A stretch of DNA of 64,000 nt, taken from assembly GCA_051362555.1 (NCBI GenBank), contig CM120643.1, positions 7,192,001-7,256,000 on the forward strand. The letters run 5' to 3'. Numbering within the stretch: the first letter of the stretch is position 1; each line of letters begins with the position of its first letter. Below, piece by piece: positions 25,501-39,030 of this stretch. The translations under genes were made by a program, and so were the position numbers. Source of the stretch: Lingula anatina (Eukaryota > Animalia > Brachiopoda). A model generated the notes under the pieces. The model saw only the letters and a program-made list of their open reading frames with translations. It was not told the DNA's origin and searched no databases.

Positions 25501-27934
25501 AAATAAAGTCAAGAATAAACATGTGACATTTTGCACATCATCTATTACAACTTTTATGTACGTTTATTATAACAAATACAAGCAACTACACCATACAGAT
25601 GTATGCAAAATCCAAACATTACGTTTTGGCTCTACATAAAAAGTAATTTTCATAACGACTGCGCAATTTAAGATATAAATTAATCTTAAATACAACTATC
25701 TACAACTAAATGTGTGGGAGATTCTATGCATTTTGAATATTGTCGCTCAAGATCAATCATTTTGGTTCTAAAAAAGTGCTCAAGAACACTGCATACAAGA
25801 CGACATAATACTGACCAGAACATGAAATTCTCAGGTTTTTGCCCAGAGTAAAAAGAGAAAGTTGAAGATTTGACGATGTATTTTACAGCAATCGTTCAAA
25901 GTTGAAATTGGAGTATTTGTCTTGTGACTGATCCAATATTTCACCGAGGGACATTTTTATCCAAATTCAAGGGTGGTAACGATTCCGAAAATTCAAAATG
26001 CATATGATCTCATGTAAGCGTTCCCCCCGCACGCGGGTACACACTCATGACCCTACAACTAACTGTATGTCACCATGCTGATGATTACACAAAACACCAA
26101 ACAGCAGTCAAACATTATTCAATTTTGTTAATTTGATGAGAGCTTTCTCATAGATAAATAAATATGTTTTTCTTCTCTTTAAATCGTAAAATAGGAACAA
26201 ATATATGCGCCGTGCGAATCAAGAACAGCATGAAGACATGGTCAGTTTACAACCTTATCCCAGTCAATAGTCATTTTAAGAACAATATTACGTAAAAAAA
26301 AATTAAAAAGATTATGCAAAAACAAGTTTACTTAAAATAACTCTACGGTCACTTGTGCTTAGTGATTCAGAAACACTCAGCAAAAATAACTCAACAGCAC
26401 GTGCAGGACTGGCACCTAATCAGGCCTTTTGTTCTCAATCACTCCTTGATCCCGACCGAAATATAGAATAAAGAAAGTACCAAGTACAAGATCAGCATTA
26501 AATAAAAAACTGAACTTCCTATTTTTTTTATTAAACTTTTAGCCTTACCAATCAAAGTTTCATCTTTCTGATGAAATTTTGATTTTTCACATTTGATTAG
26601 ACAAATGCCACAAAACAAAGGATTTTAAACAATAAGTCAGTAAATTGGCAATTAACTGGCCATATCATACACTAAACTACAATGTACCAAATATAAAAAC
26701 AGATACGTATGCAGATTTTATGTTAATTCAATAAAGATTTTATTTTGTTTTTAGAGGATTGGCAAAAGTTGACAGTCTACAAAAGTTCGTCCAATTACTA
26801 GGAAATACCGATACCCCCATTCCCCCCGAAAAAGCTTTGCGACAACTGTGGTTAACGATAAGAATATGATAAGGATTTTCAAGTTATTAAAGGATACGAT
26901 AAATGGCAGTCCTGCACGTACACTTTAATTGTCAAAGGATGCCAAAATAAAACACTTTGTTTCTCTTAACAATTCCGCTTTGTAACGAAGGCAAAAAGCC
27001 AATTTTCCTTCTTAAATAACAAAAACATATAAATTTCGAAAACAAAAAAAACGACCCAACCCCTGGTTTGATTTTCTGAAAACAAAAACATTTCTACCCC
27101 CTCCCAGCAATAAAACTATGGGTCTATCACAGATCAGACACACTACTCGCATATCAAAACAGCGGGAAACAATAACCGCATATCTATAATTTTAGAAAGG
27201 CCTGTTTTAATACGTGTAGGCAATTCTGTAATAACTTGACTATGAGCACATTTTACAATTTCATACTTCCGATAATTCATAAATGTCATAATTTGGATTA
27301 CAGCGTTAACAGCTTATTGTTCTTTTATATCTCAGTCATTTCTTCCAATAAAAGATTCTTGTAAAAGATTCTTCCAGGAAAAGATTCTCGTATACATTTT
27401 ACGCACGACTCTACGTATTTTTAACTCTACGTATTTTTAACTTCATTAAAATCAATATTTGTATCTATATCCAATTTAAAAATGTATTTTCGAGTGCATA
27501 ACAAAGCGACTTATTACATATTTGCCCACACATATAATTTTACAATCAAACATTGAACCGGTCGTACTAGCACAGCGCTCTACCTGCACATCACTTAATA
27601 ATAAATTTAAAACCATTTATTTTATTTTCATAGATCACTTAAGCAAGGCACTTTTTTGTTTTAGGACTTAACTGGTTCGAGAACTGGTGGGTATGAAGAA
27701 AAAATTTAAATTGTGATAAAAACATCGTGTGCGGATAGAGTACTGTACTACAACTTATTTACACATGTATTATGATATACCAGTGACGTGCAGAGTTGAC
27801 GCTTGGATTTAGTCCATTTTATCAGAAGTTTCACGAATAAAACACTCGTTATACGCTGCACTTCATTTGATACACGTTTTGATGCAGAATATTACAAACC
27901 AAAGCAAATATTACATTTCAAACCAAATCATATG

Positions 27935-29086
27935 TCAACCCTGCAAGATGACTATACGACAAACTTCGGCACACAAGACAACGTTGACATGGGTGCGGGC
28001 GCTGGCGAACACGAATCTGATGTCTTTGCTGGGAGTGCGTCCAATCTCATAGTAGACGGTTGTTTCGAGGCACTGAAATTAAATGAAAAATTAAACAAAT
28101 TAAACTAAATCCATAATAATATCTAAGGAATTGACAAAGTGAAATACATAATATTAATAATAATCTTTATTGGTTTTTTACTTTCTTAGTTAAACATTAT
28201 TTTACGTATTTTGTGGGTAGAGTGATATAAATTCAGGATTTCATTGCTACACGTGCTTATTATCTTCAGAATGATTTTACCAAATACTTTATACCAATAC
28301 ATCCATACTTAAATAAATTCGTAATCCGAATGCTGGCACTTTAGCTCATCTTTTTTTTTAAATCAAATAGTTTATGCAAGCATTTTAATTCAGATTATAA
28401 TATCAAAGACGGTATGTAATCGAAATTGCCAACAGGAAAAAATGAAGTCAAGGGGGTCCACAATGCCTAGCTAATATACGTTTGCTTTCCTGGTCGAGGC
28501 TATTTCTCTATAAAATAATTTGTTTATTGTCAGTTAGCTTTAATAAATAGGATATATTTGTACAGGTCACTGTCAAAAAATAAAAAAGGCACCCATTGGG
28601 AGCAGAGAATGTTACAGTAGTTACCTGCTTTGTCGTCTTGCAGAATAACGCGTTCAGACCTTTGGACGGCTGGAATAATCTTCTCACTTCTTTATGAGTA
28701 AATGCTTTCCTTCTGGAAAAAGCAATATAAAAAGTTATTAAACTTTCCAAGCTCATTTCAGCATTCATGTCAATGAAATATATCGAAGAGCCATTACGTC
28801 TAAAGTGGGAAATACATACTTTTGGATAAAATATCGTCAACATAAACCGACCAGTGTTGTCTTATATCATCTATACAGTACTTACAACAAACTACATCAG
28901 TTCTCAGTAACAAAATTTCAGTCTACGTGTGGAAATTGTGGCAATGTGGCACGTGAAGCTTCTTCCTCTTCCTTCTGACCTTGGTCCTATCTGAATACCT
29001 CTCACCAAAATGCTCACCTGGTTTACATAATAATAGCACTGACTGTGGGATTGTGTTAGAGAAGACACGATGCGGCTTAACGCAAT
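27935..29086 (-). other. Possible three-exon gene fragment of unknown function
   Basis: Phase-compatible segments 29086-28927, 28712-28625 and 28072-27935 (stop) with AG/GT boundaries; no recognisable domain, and the first segment's splice sites are weak. Confidence 0.25.
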
Positions 29087-29374
29087 CTAAACGTTATCAT
29101 CAGGTTATTGCACAAACAAACCATTTTGTTTTGTCCATCTATAGACCTTCATCCCAAATAAATGAGGTTTTTATTATTAACGCATCCCAATTGAAACATG
29201 ATGTCGCCTATTGCTCTAGCACTGTAAATATTTAACACTAGAGTTGTGCCGACTAAGGTTTGTATATGTATATCTAACATTTTTATTTTTATGCAGCAGT
29301 ACATATGAACTCAAATATGCGTCTTAGAAAAAACAAATCACATAAGAATCAGTTTACTGAGTTACGCATCATTC

Positions 29375-30560
29375 GTGAAGGTATTGTTTTCTGATTTCAT
29401 TGTTTGTTCTCTGTTGTCGCGACTCTGTGGTTGCGTGCGACGTTGTATATGTGCGCACGCTTGTTTTTACGTCGCTTATTCTTCTTTGTTACGCTAAAAT
29501 GATACATACGTTACCGATACATACGTTACCATGAAGCGTGTAAATATTTATTCTAATTTCATTGGTTTTCTTTCGCTTTGTGGGCCAACTCTTATGTCTT
29601 TTATTTGTGTTTCATTAAAATAGTGTTGGCGCACAAAAGGAGAGACAACCAATGAAAATAGAATAAAAAATATTTACACGCTTTATGGTAACGTATGTAT
29701 CATTTTAACGTAACAAAGAAGAATGAGCGACGTAATAACATGCGTGCGCACATATACAACGTCGCACGCAACCACAGAGTCGCGACAACAGAAAACAAAC
29801 AATGAAATTAGAAAACAATACCTTCACATTATTTGGTAACGTATGTATCGGTGACGTATGTATCATATAAAGAATTTCAACAAACGGTTTCAAGACAAGT
29901 AATCTTTACTTGCCCTGCTTTTCCTTCTTATTCTAATGTTGTATACCGTAAGAATAAGGCGTTTGCTCACAAGACGGACAACAAACAATTAAAAAATAAA
30001 AGTATTTACAAGCCACATGGTAACTATTTTCATTGGTTGTCTTTCGTTTTGTGCGCCAACACTTATGTCTTAATGTTACATAAAAATGAAAGAAAACGAG
30101 ACAAATAAGATTTCTTGCCTTCAACTATCTTTGAAAATTGTTCATATGATACATACGTTACCGATATATACATGGCCAAATAATATGAAGGTGTTGTTTT
30201 CTGATTCCATTGATTGTTTTCTGTTGTCACGGCCTTGTTAGTGCGTGCGACTTTGTACACGTATATGTGCGCACTTTTGTACGTCGTTCATTCTGTTTGT
30301 TACGTCAATATGAAAAATATGTTACCGATACATACATGTACGTTACCATAAAGCGTGTAAATATTTATTTATTCTATTTTCATTGGTTGTCTTTCGTTTT
30401 GTGGGCCAGCTCCTATGTCTTAATGCTACATTAAAATGAAAGAAAACGAGACAAATAAGATTCCCTGCCTTCAACTATCTGTGAAAATTGTCCATTTGAT
30501 TCGTAAGTTACCGATATGTACGTGACCAAATGATAAGGTGTTGTTTTCTGATTCCATTGA
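29375..30560. repeat. Complex foldback repeat (direct and inverted ~250-bp modules), continuing at 33760-34262
   Basis: 29377-29560 is inverted at 29650-29860; 29377-29752 is repeated almost exactly at 33885-34262; further modules at 30000-30560. Confidence 0.85.
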
Positions 30561-31699
30561 TAGTCTAGTGGGATATCCACAAAAGATGAATAGTAGGGGC
30601 ATTTTGGGGTAAAAGTTGGGAACCAGGCTTATTAGCATAATTTTGGGATGCTGAATCCGATTTACTCGGTTCCCAAGCGAAATTTTGTGTTTTTAACGGC
30701 CTAATTTGCAAAAAAACAAAATGGCCGCCAGATTTCCTATTTTCTGCAATATCTCTGGGACTAGACAGGTGAACATGACAAATGAAGTGTCTTTGCCCAT
30801 GTTTTCAGGGTCGAGGAACATTATTAAGATCTTTCTGTTAGAACTAGATTTACGCAATTTTCCTAAATATGCAAATTAGGATCGCCATTACTGAAAAACT
30901 GTTTTACTTCTGTATCTCTGTAACTAGGCAAGCAAAAATGACAAATGAAGTGTCTACACCTATGTTCTCAGGGTCAGGGAATGTGATAAATCAGATGTCT
31001 TGTCTTATGGGTAGCACTGACTTTGTGAATCGTGTCCGAGTAGCATCTTTTATTGTTTCTGCTGATAGTTAGAATCTGCCTTCAGAACTGCTTTTACGTT
31101 AACTAGGCAAGCAAACATGACATATGAAGTGCCCACACCCATGTTTTCAGCGGGAAAGTGATTAAGACATTTTCACTATAATCAAATCAGCAATGAGTGC
31201 TACACTGTCACACTGTAGCAATTATTCGAATCTGAATTGAATTTTGCAATTAAATACTGCGCTGCCATTGGGATGTAAACATATTGGATCACAAAATGGT
31301 CCCTTTCACCTAGATTTAAAAAAGATTACCTTATTAATGCAATGGAGGGATTTGCTGAATCAAGTAATTCATGTGATGCAATGTACAGACTTCACATTTA
31401 AAATGGATTTTTTTCAAACATATTTTCTTTGAATTTTTCCCATATATTAGTAATGGATGAAAAAACACTTGTTATCTTGTTCGATATGGCTTTAATAAAT
31501 CAACCCGTGTGAATACATCATCAAAAATTTAATTTAAATAATAATTTAATATTCAAATCAGCGTTATAAACAGCGCATGGATAATTTTATAGCTGATAAC
31601 GAGGTATTACATTCTTATGAACTCGATATTATCAAGAATATCAGTTGGTAAGGATTGTCTCTGACACAAAAGAATCATCAATACAAATGTGAAAAATGG

Positions 31700-32690
31700 A
31701 AACTGATAACAATGCGTGCAGCCTCTTCTAGCTGCAACCAGATCCCTCATTCCATGCAGAGAGGTTTCTGAGAGTATGATCCAGTATTGTGTTACACGCA
31801 TTAGCCAGAGCTTGCCTAAGCTTGTGCCGATTTGTAGGGTGGACGGGTAAGCTCTTGATTCTGCAAGCGATTTATGCCCACATGTTTTCTATAGAATTCA
31901 TGTCAGGGGAATTTCGTCGGCCAAGGCAACTGGTTTACCTCTTGGTTTTGCAGAAAAGCAGTTATTGCATGGGCATGGTGTGGTCGGGCAGTGTCATCTT
32001 GCAGGATGAAGTTGTCCTGGAAGTACCTTCTTGCAAATTGCAATCAAGTATTCTCTAAAATGTCCCTGTATTTTATCTGGTTGAGGTTTCCGTCAATTGC
32101 CACCAATAGTGTTTTGGCTCCAGAGTGGAAACCGGCCCATACACAGATACTGCCACGGCCACAAGTCACTGTAGTGTGACACAATCTTCGTGCAGTAACT
32201 CGTCTGGAAACCTACTGACTCTGATTCAGCCATCGCTGTGGTGGAACTCAAACCCTGCCTCATCTGTAAAAATCTACATGAGCCCAGTGCTGTGCCTGGA
32301 AACGCAAATGGCGTCTATCCCACCATGTTGCTCTGTTCATAGAGTTAACCAGCTAAAAGTAGCCTTGCATTCACTAGAGTTCTAGAAACATGCTTTTGAA
32401 TGGTAATTTGCCACTCATTTTGTACAGCAAGAGTTGTCTTTGTCCGGTTGTTGCGACATAACCGCAGAAGCAAGCGGTCTTCCCTTCAGGTGGTTACTTT
32501 AGGACATCCTGGCCGTGGTCTCTGTGTTAATGCACCAGTCTGGGCGTGTTTCTGTAAGACGTTAGAAACTGCTCCCTGGGACACATTCAGCTGTCTGGCA
32601 ATAGCAGTTTGCTTCTGTCCATTCTGGCATAATGCAACAATAGTGTGGCATGTTGCTGCCGTTAGTTCACATACCGTAAGGTCAGCTAAG
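31700..32690 (-). pseudogene. Tc1-type transposase remnant nested in the Academ element
   Basis: HTH region IVALCQNGQKQTAIARQLNVSQGAVS..RPGCPKVTT; catalytic region FILQDDTARPHHA and PDMNSIENMW; C-terminal LVAARRGCTH; stops and frameshifts present. Confidence 0.85.
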
Positions 32691-32993
32691 AGTCTGCAAA
32701 ATATCAAACTCTTCTGACTGGACGTTGTCGAAATATAGAGACTTATTCTGCAGAACTGCTGCCCTTTTATACGCATTCTGTAACCAGCCGAAGAGGACTG
32801 CTCAGAGAAACTGCCACATATTACGTAAGGCGGGCCCTGACCCCCCCCCCCCCTTCGAATTCTGGTCCCCCCTTGAAATTATAATTTTGACTAGCTGAAT
32901 CATAGTTGTAAACCATACCAAATGGCACCGTTCGCCCTCTTAAATACCAAATTTTGTGTGGCCCTTCAACAGGCCCCTAACCCGTTGCCAAGT

Positions 32994-33036
<43 letters not shown>

Positions 33037-33091
33037 CTTTGCATCCCCGGACTCCCCCTTCAAATAATCCTGGATCCGCCTCTGCTCACCT

Positions 33092-33312
33092 TGCCTTATA
33101 ATTGATGGGCAAGCACTGACAATTTCACTGGGAAAGCCTGACAATGCAGTGACCTTTGGTAGTTTGGCTGACACGTACGTAAGAGCAGTTCTGAAGGCAG
33201 GTTCTAACTATCAGCAGATTGACTTGTGTTTGACAGATACAGGGAAGAAACAATAAAAGGTGATACTTGGACACGATTCGCAAAGTCAGTGCTACCCATA
33301 AGACAAGACATC
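33092..33312 (+). pseudogene. Academ transposase (XPG-like region) fragment
   Basis: LIIDGQALTISLGKPDNAVTFGSLADTYVRAVLKAGSNYQQID/(frameshift)/VFDRYREETIK matches the Academ IIDG..TF..D.VFDRY..IK pattern. Confidence 0.7.
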
Positions 33313-35305
33313 TGATTTATCACATTCCCTGACCCTGAGAACATAGGTGTAGACACTTCATTTGTCATGTTTGCTTGCCTAGTTACAGAGATACAGAAGT
33401 AAAACAGTTTTTCAGTAATGGCGATCCTAATTTGCATATTTAGGAAAATTGCGTAAATCTAGTTCTAACAGAAACATCTTAATAATGTTCCTCGACCCTG
33501 AAAATATAGGTTAAGACACTTCGTTTGTCATATTTGCCTGTCTAGTTCCAGAGGTATTGCAGAAAATAGGAAATCTGGCGGCCATTTTGTTTTTTTTTGC
33601 AAATTAGACCGTTAAAAGCGCAAAATTTCGCTTGGGAACCGGGTAAATCGGATTCAGCATCCCAAAATTGTGCTAATAAGCCTGGTTCCCAACTTTTACC
33701 CCAAAATGCCCCTTGTCTCTTATGCAGAGCCTTTTTTCAAAAATCTCACTAGACTATGACTGTTTTTCTGTTGTCACGACTTTGTGAGTGGATGTGACTT
33801 TGTATATGTGCGCTTTTCGTTTTACGGTCCTCATTCTGATTTTTTACGTTAATATGATACATATATATACGTTACAAAATGATGTGAAGGTATTGTTTTC
33901 TGATTTCATTGTTTGTTCTCTGTTGTCGCGACTCTGTGGTTGCGTGCGACGTTGTATATGTGCGCACGCTTGTTTTTACGTCGCTTATTCTTCTTTGTTA
34001 CGCTAAAATGATACATACGTTACCGATACATACGTTACCATGAAGCGTGTAAATATTTATTCTATTTTCATTGGTTTTCTTTCGCTTTGTGGGCCAACAC
34101 TTATGTCTTTTATTTGTGTTTCATTAAAATAGTGTTGGCGCACAAAAGGAGAGACAACCAATGAAAATAGAATAAAAAATATTTACACGCTTTATGGTAA
34201 CGTATGTATCATTTTAACGTAACAAAGAAGAATGAGCGACGTAATAACATGCGTGCGCACATAAATACATCGTCGCTGACTTGATATCTGTAAGATTCTG
34301 CAGGGAGAAATGGGAGACATGGCCTAGTTTTGTACCTCTCAAAAAGTTTGCAAAATACTTTGTCTTTCAGTGGTCCCCGATTCTTTAATATTACCAATGG
34401 TATCACTTTGAATCGCATGAAACACTTTTGGAAGTAGAAGAATCACATTAGAAACTATCACTACACTTTCTTTTTATCATTTTATTTTTATTCATCTTAG
34501 TATTGCCACTGACATATCTACTAGTGCCTCAATTTAGGTCTCATTCCCAATGACACTATTGGTCTATGTAAATCGATCCAACTCCACAGGGACTCTTGCT
34601 GAATGCAATTGGATTGGCGCACCTCCTTTTGTTTATAACATGCTTGTTTTCCATTTTCTACTCAAAGCTAGGGGGTGGTATGCTAATCTCTTAAACTGAT
34701 TACATTCAGCAAGAGTCCCCCTGAATTGATCTACCTAGACAGATAAAGCACTGAATGCACTCTTATTTTTATTGGGACTGAGTTCTTAGACCTAAATATT
34801 CTTACACAGTCATATAAATAAAACAACAACAATATATAATAATATTTAATATTTATTTATAATTAAAAGTTGGTTGGTACATTTATAATGTTGAAATGAT
34901 AATTCTAAGAAAAACAAAGGCCAAATACATTTTCAAGAAGTGCATTAAAGCTGAAAGTTATGAATACAGTTTATAAAATCATATAATTACCTAAAGTAAT
35001 ACAAGTATGATAAATAATGACATTAACTGCATTGCAGACCTTCAATTAAGTTTTCAAAGACATAAAAACTGTATTTACCGGTATAAACATCTGTACAGTG
35101 CTTTCTATTTACATTTGTGCATTAAAATGTTCCCATATTAATTTATAAGTACATATTTCATAAGGAAACAAATTCACTGCAAAGAGATATGACTTTGGAT
35201 ATTTAAAACAAAAATAACCTTGTCTTTTGATTAAATTTCACTACAGAAAAAACTAACAAAAAATTACATAGTAAGCAGCAAAAGTAATAATAAGTACTCA
35301 TCTTT

Positions 35306-36415
35306 TATAAAGACTAGTACAATGGGATGACAACTGTAGTGTACATACTAGTATAAAGACTAGTACAATGACATCACAACAGTGGTTTACATACTAGTAT
35401 AAAGACTAGTACAATGACATCACAACAGTAGTGTACATACTAGTATAAAGACTAGTACAATGACATCACAACAGTAGTGTACATACTAGTATAAAGACTA
35501 GTACAATGGGATCACAACAGTAGTGTACATACTAGTATAAAGACTAGTACAATGGGATCACAACAGTAGTGTACATACTAGTATAAAGACTAGTACAATG
35601 GGATCACAACAGTAGTGTACATACTAGTATAAAGACTAGTACAATGGGATCACAACAGTAGTGTACATACTAGTATAAAGACTAGTACAATGACATCACA
35701 ACAGTAGTGTACATACTAGTATAAAGACTAGTACAATGGGATCACAACAGTAGTGTACATACTAGTATAAAGACTAGTACAATGACATCACAACAGTAGT
35801 GTACATACTAGTATAAAGACTAGTACAATGGGATCACAACAGTAGTGTACATACTAGTATAAAGACTAGTACAATGGGATCACAACAGTAGTGTACATAC
35901 TAGTATAAAGACTAGTACAATGGGATCACAACAGTAGTGTACATACTAGTATAAAGACTAGTACAATGACATCACAACAGTAGTGTACATACTAGTATAA
36001 AGACTAGTACAATGGGATCACAACAGTAGTGTACATACTAGTATAAAGACTAGTACAATGACATCACAACAGTAGTGTACATACTAGTATAAAGACTAGT
36101 ACAATGACATCACAACAGTAGTGTACATACTAGTATAAAGACTAGTACAATGACATCACAACAGTAGTGTACATACTAGTATAAAGACTAGTACAATGGG
36201 ATCACAACAGTAGTGTACATACTAGTATAAAGACTAGTACAATGACATCACAACAGTAGTGTACATACTAGTATAAAGACTAGTACAATGGGATCACAAC
36301 AGTAGTGTACATACTAGTATAAAGACTAGTACAATGGGATCACAACAGTAGTGTACATACTAGTATAAAGACTAGTACAATGGGATCACAACAGTAGTGT
36401 ACAGACTAGTATAAA
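35306..36415. repeat. 46-bp minisatellite, 24 copies, two interspersed variants
   Basis: Unit tataaagactagtacaatg(gg|ac)atcacaacagtagtgtacatactag. Confidence 0.97.
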
Positions 36416-37019
36416 AGCTTCAGTATACTAACAGTTACTGCAAAAAGTTGTTGAACTCTTTATTTAAAAGAAATAATAATGAAATGATTATCTGCATATT
36501 ACTTATACAGAATTGCTGCAGACATCTTCTATACCTAAATATCTTTGTGTAAAACCATAAGATGAGCACTAACATAAGAAAAGGCAGCAAAGCCGCCAAA
36601 ATATACAGACACAAAACATAAGACATGTAGCAACAAAATAGTTTAATAATTTTTTCTGTGACAGCACCAAATATATACAAATATGGGCCAAGGCCTATAG
36701 GTTTACAACTTCACCAGTTTTACCATTAGTTACCGTATATAATAGCTTCTTTCATAAAACTGTTTCATTTTATAAAACTGTACATGTTAAGTATTTGTAA
36801 AAATAATCAAATCCTGCTAATTTTTAATTCAAGCAGCTTTTTACTAAACAAAGCCTCTCTGCATATTTGATTTGATTTAAAAAAAAAACATGGTTTGGTA
36901 TCTATAGTAAGACAGTCACCAAAATACATGCAAAAGTAAAATTAATAAATAAATACTGTTTTTTATTTTTTACTCAGTCAAAGTGGGGGGGGTGGGGGTG
37001 GGGGGGGGGGGGGGGGGGC

Positions 37020-37640
37020 ATGCACCATGTTCAGAATGAATACCAGTGAATGTCTGGGGATGGCTACAGGAACATGGACCCTATCGCCTGATATCAGGGA
37101 GGAAAAAGAAATGGTTGGAGCCTGGTACACAAACCTTGACTGCATTGAGACAAATCATCTCCAACAAAAGATTTCAGAAGGACATTATGTCAGGAACAAG
37201 TATTTTCCCCAAAATAAAGGCAGGGAGATGATATAATATATGCAACATGACTGCATTAAAGGGAATGTTTTTAATAAAAAGGGGGAAACAATGGCCATAG
37301 TACCAGGAGGATACACATCAAAGGCACAGCCACTTGATGTCTGCCTCAACAAGCCTTTTAAGGACCAATTAAGAAAGCTGTGGACTGACTTCAAGAGGGG
37401 CAGTGGACATGACTGACAGGAGACTTGGCCAAATCTCCAAGGCATCCCAAGGCCACAGTGGTGCAAGGGATTGCCACTGCATGGTCTGAGGTGCTGGCAG
37501 AGATGGTGGCGAAGTCCTTCCATGTAACTGGCATTACCAGACAGACACAGACAGACAGAGGGGGCAATGGCGACAATGGCAAGGACTTCCTAGGTTTTCA
37601 CACAGTGGACCAACTGGACAAATCCACACAGCAATAAACT
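37020..37640 (+). pseudogene. pogo/Tigger DDE_1 transposase remnant
   Basis: AIVPGGYTSKAQPLDVCLNKPFKDQLRKLW (~37294-37383) and KSFHVTGI; frame-disrupted. Confidence 0.85.
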
Positions 37641-37848
37641 ACTCCAATAAACTAAGTTTAAGATTAGATAATATCATAATATAATCTCTCATAATAAAAT
37701 CTCTCTTGAAACAAGGTGCCTAGATGTTTCCGAGATGGAAGCTGCTTAAATTCAGAAATGTAGTAAATGGTCTTGATATGATATTTTGTAATAAAACGAT
37801 AAAACATTATAGTTTTTATTGATTTCGTAACGTACCCCATAAATTATC

Positions 37849-37881
<33 letters not shown>

Positions 37882-37915
37882 GTATTACCCACAATTACCT
37901 AAAGATCCAAAAACA

Positions 37916-39030
37916 ATGAAAAAAACAAAAACCCATTATAAGATTATAGAAAAATGTGGTGGCCAATATTTTTATTTTGGCATTGTAAACAGCATTTCAA
38001 ATCTAATTCAGGGTGACTGCATTTCCGATGATTTTATATTTAACTTGCAGTTGCAGTTTAATATTGATTGGCTTCCATTATTTCAGAGCACAAACCAGAA
38101 TTTCTGGCCCATATGTAACTGCAGCCAGTAATAATAGTGTAGTGATTGTGATAGATGCTCTCAAGATTGCGACGGAAGTATGCATTTTTTGTTTGCGTTT
38201 GCTTTACTACGCGGGAAATAAGTCCTGCTCACAGATAGCTTATTTTACTTACCTTTTTATGCTTTGTGATTGTGTTTCATTAAATTATTGTTGTTTTTTG
38301 GTGTTCATATGTTACATTTTGCAGTTAAACATATATATATTTTTTACATTGTTAAAACGCAGTCATTTTTGTTCTTCCGGTACTATTTTTTGTTGTAAGA
38401 TGTCCGAAACCATGTGGTTTCATGAATAAGAGCGCTTCACATTTAACAGATATTTCTTTAATGTCAAGGTAAATTATTCTCTCTTTTTTATTATATAACA
38501 TTAGTTAAAGGCTAATAGTTTGAATTGCAAAGGTAAAACAATAATGGGCAAACTAGAAGTAGGTCTTATAACTTAAGTGTGTAAGCAAAAGCCCTCATTA
38601 GAGAACCTGTAACACAAGTTAATGAGTATACTTAGATCATAACGCAACGAAAGGTAAAATAATAACGAACGCAGTCTAAGTACTTTTATTTGTTTATTGC
38701 AGGATTACAGTAGAGGGTATAGACGTCAACGTTTTCACTGACAATCTAATGGAGAATCATGACTTGTATTTAAAGGAAGAATAAAGATAATACAACTGCA
38801 ATATGAGCCTCCGTTATACCATAGTAGGAAAAATAGTAAACCTGACAAAGAGCCTTTTCTCATTGCTTTATTCTCTGGGGTATCTAAGCCCGATAATTTA
38901 GACAAATAGTTACAGGATTTTTTTGACGAGTGCCAACAAATACAAGGTGGATTTATCTGCCATTGTAAACATGTATTCATATCCATTTATTCATTCATCT
39001 GTGACACACCTGCCCAGGCCTTTATTAAAA
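37916..39030 (+). pseudogene. EnSpm/CACTA-like transposase remnant in two pieces
   Basis: GGQYFYFGI..LQFNIDWLPLFQSTNQNFWPI (37955-38115) and EPFLIALFSGVSKPDNL..FICDTPAQAFIK (38850-39030). Confidence 0.7.

Larger units (their letters stand above)
30561..33756. mobile_element. Non-autonomous Academ DNA transposon with ~500-bp inverted arms and 3-bp TSD (TGA)
   Basis: Termini tagtctagtg / cactagacta; tga on both flanks; arms 30595-31099 and 33177-33713; it interrupts a module of the foldback repeat. Confidence 0.85.

Noticed and set aside
26399-26919. 13-bp inverted repeat acgtgcaggactg as a MITE boundary
   Set aside because: No TSD or second copy could be identified; too weak to call.
30869-31072. 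Duplicated small ORF MQIRIAITEK.., also at 33204-33437
   Set aside because: It lies in the Academ inverted arms, so the duplication is explained by the TIRs.
32994-33036. Poly-G tract as a functional G-quadruplex or poly-Pro ORF
   Set aside because: It is a homopolymer inside a MITE, and its length is prone to sequencing error.
35306-36415. CRISPR-like array
   Set aside because: Units are contiguous with no unique spacers, no cas genes are present, and the context is eukaryotic.
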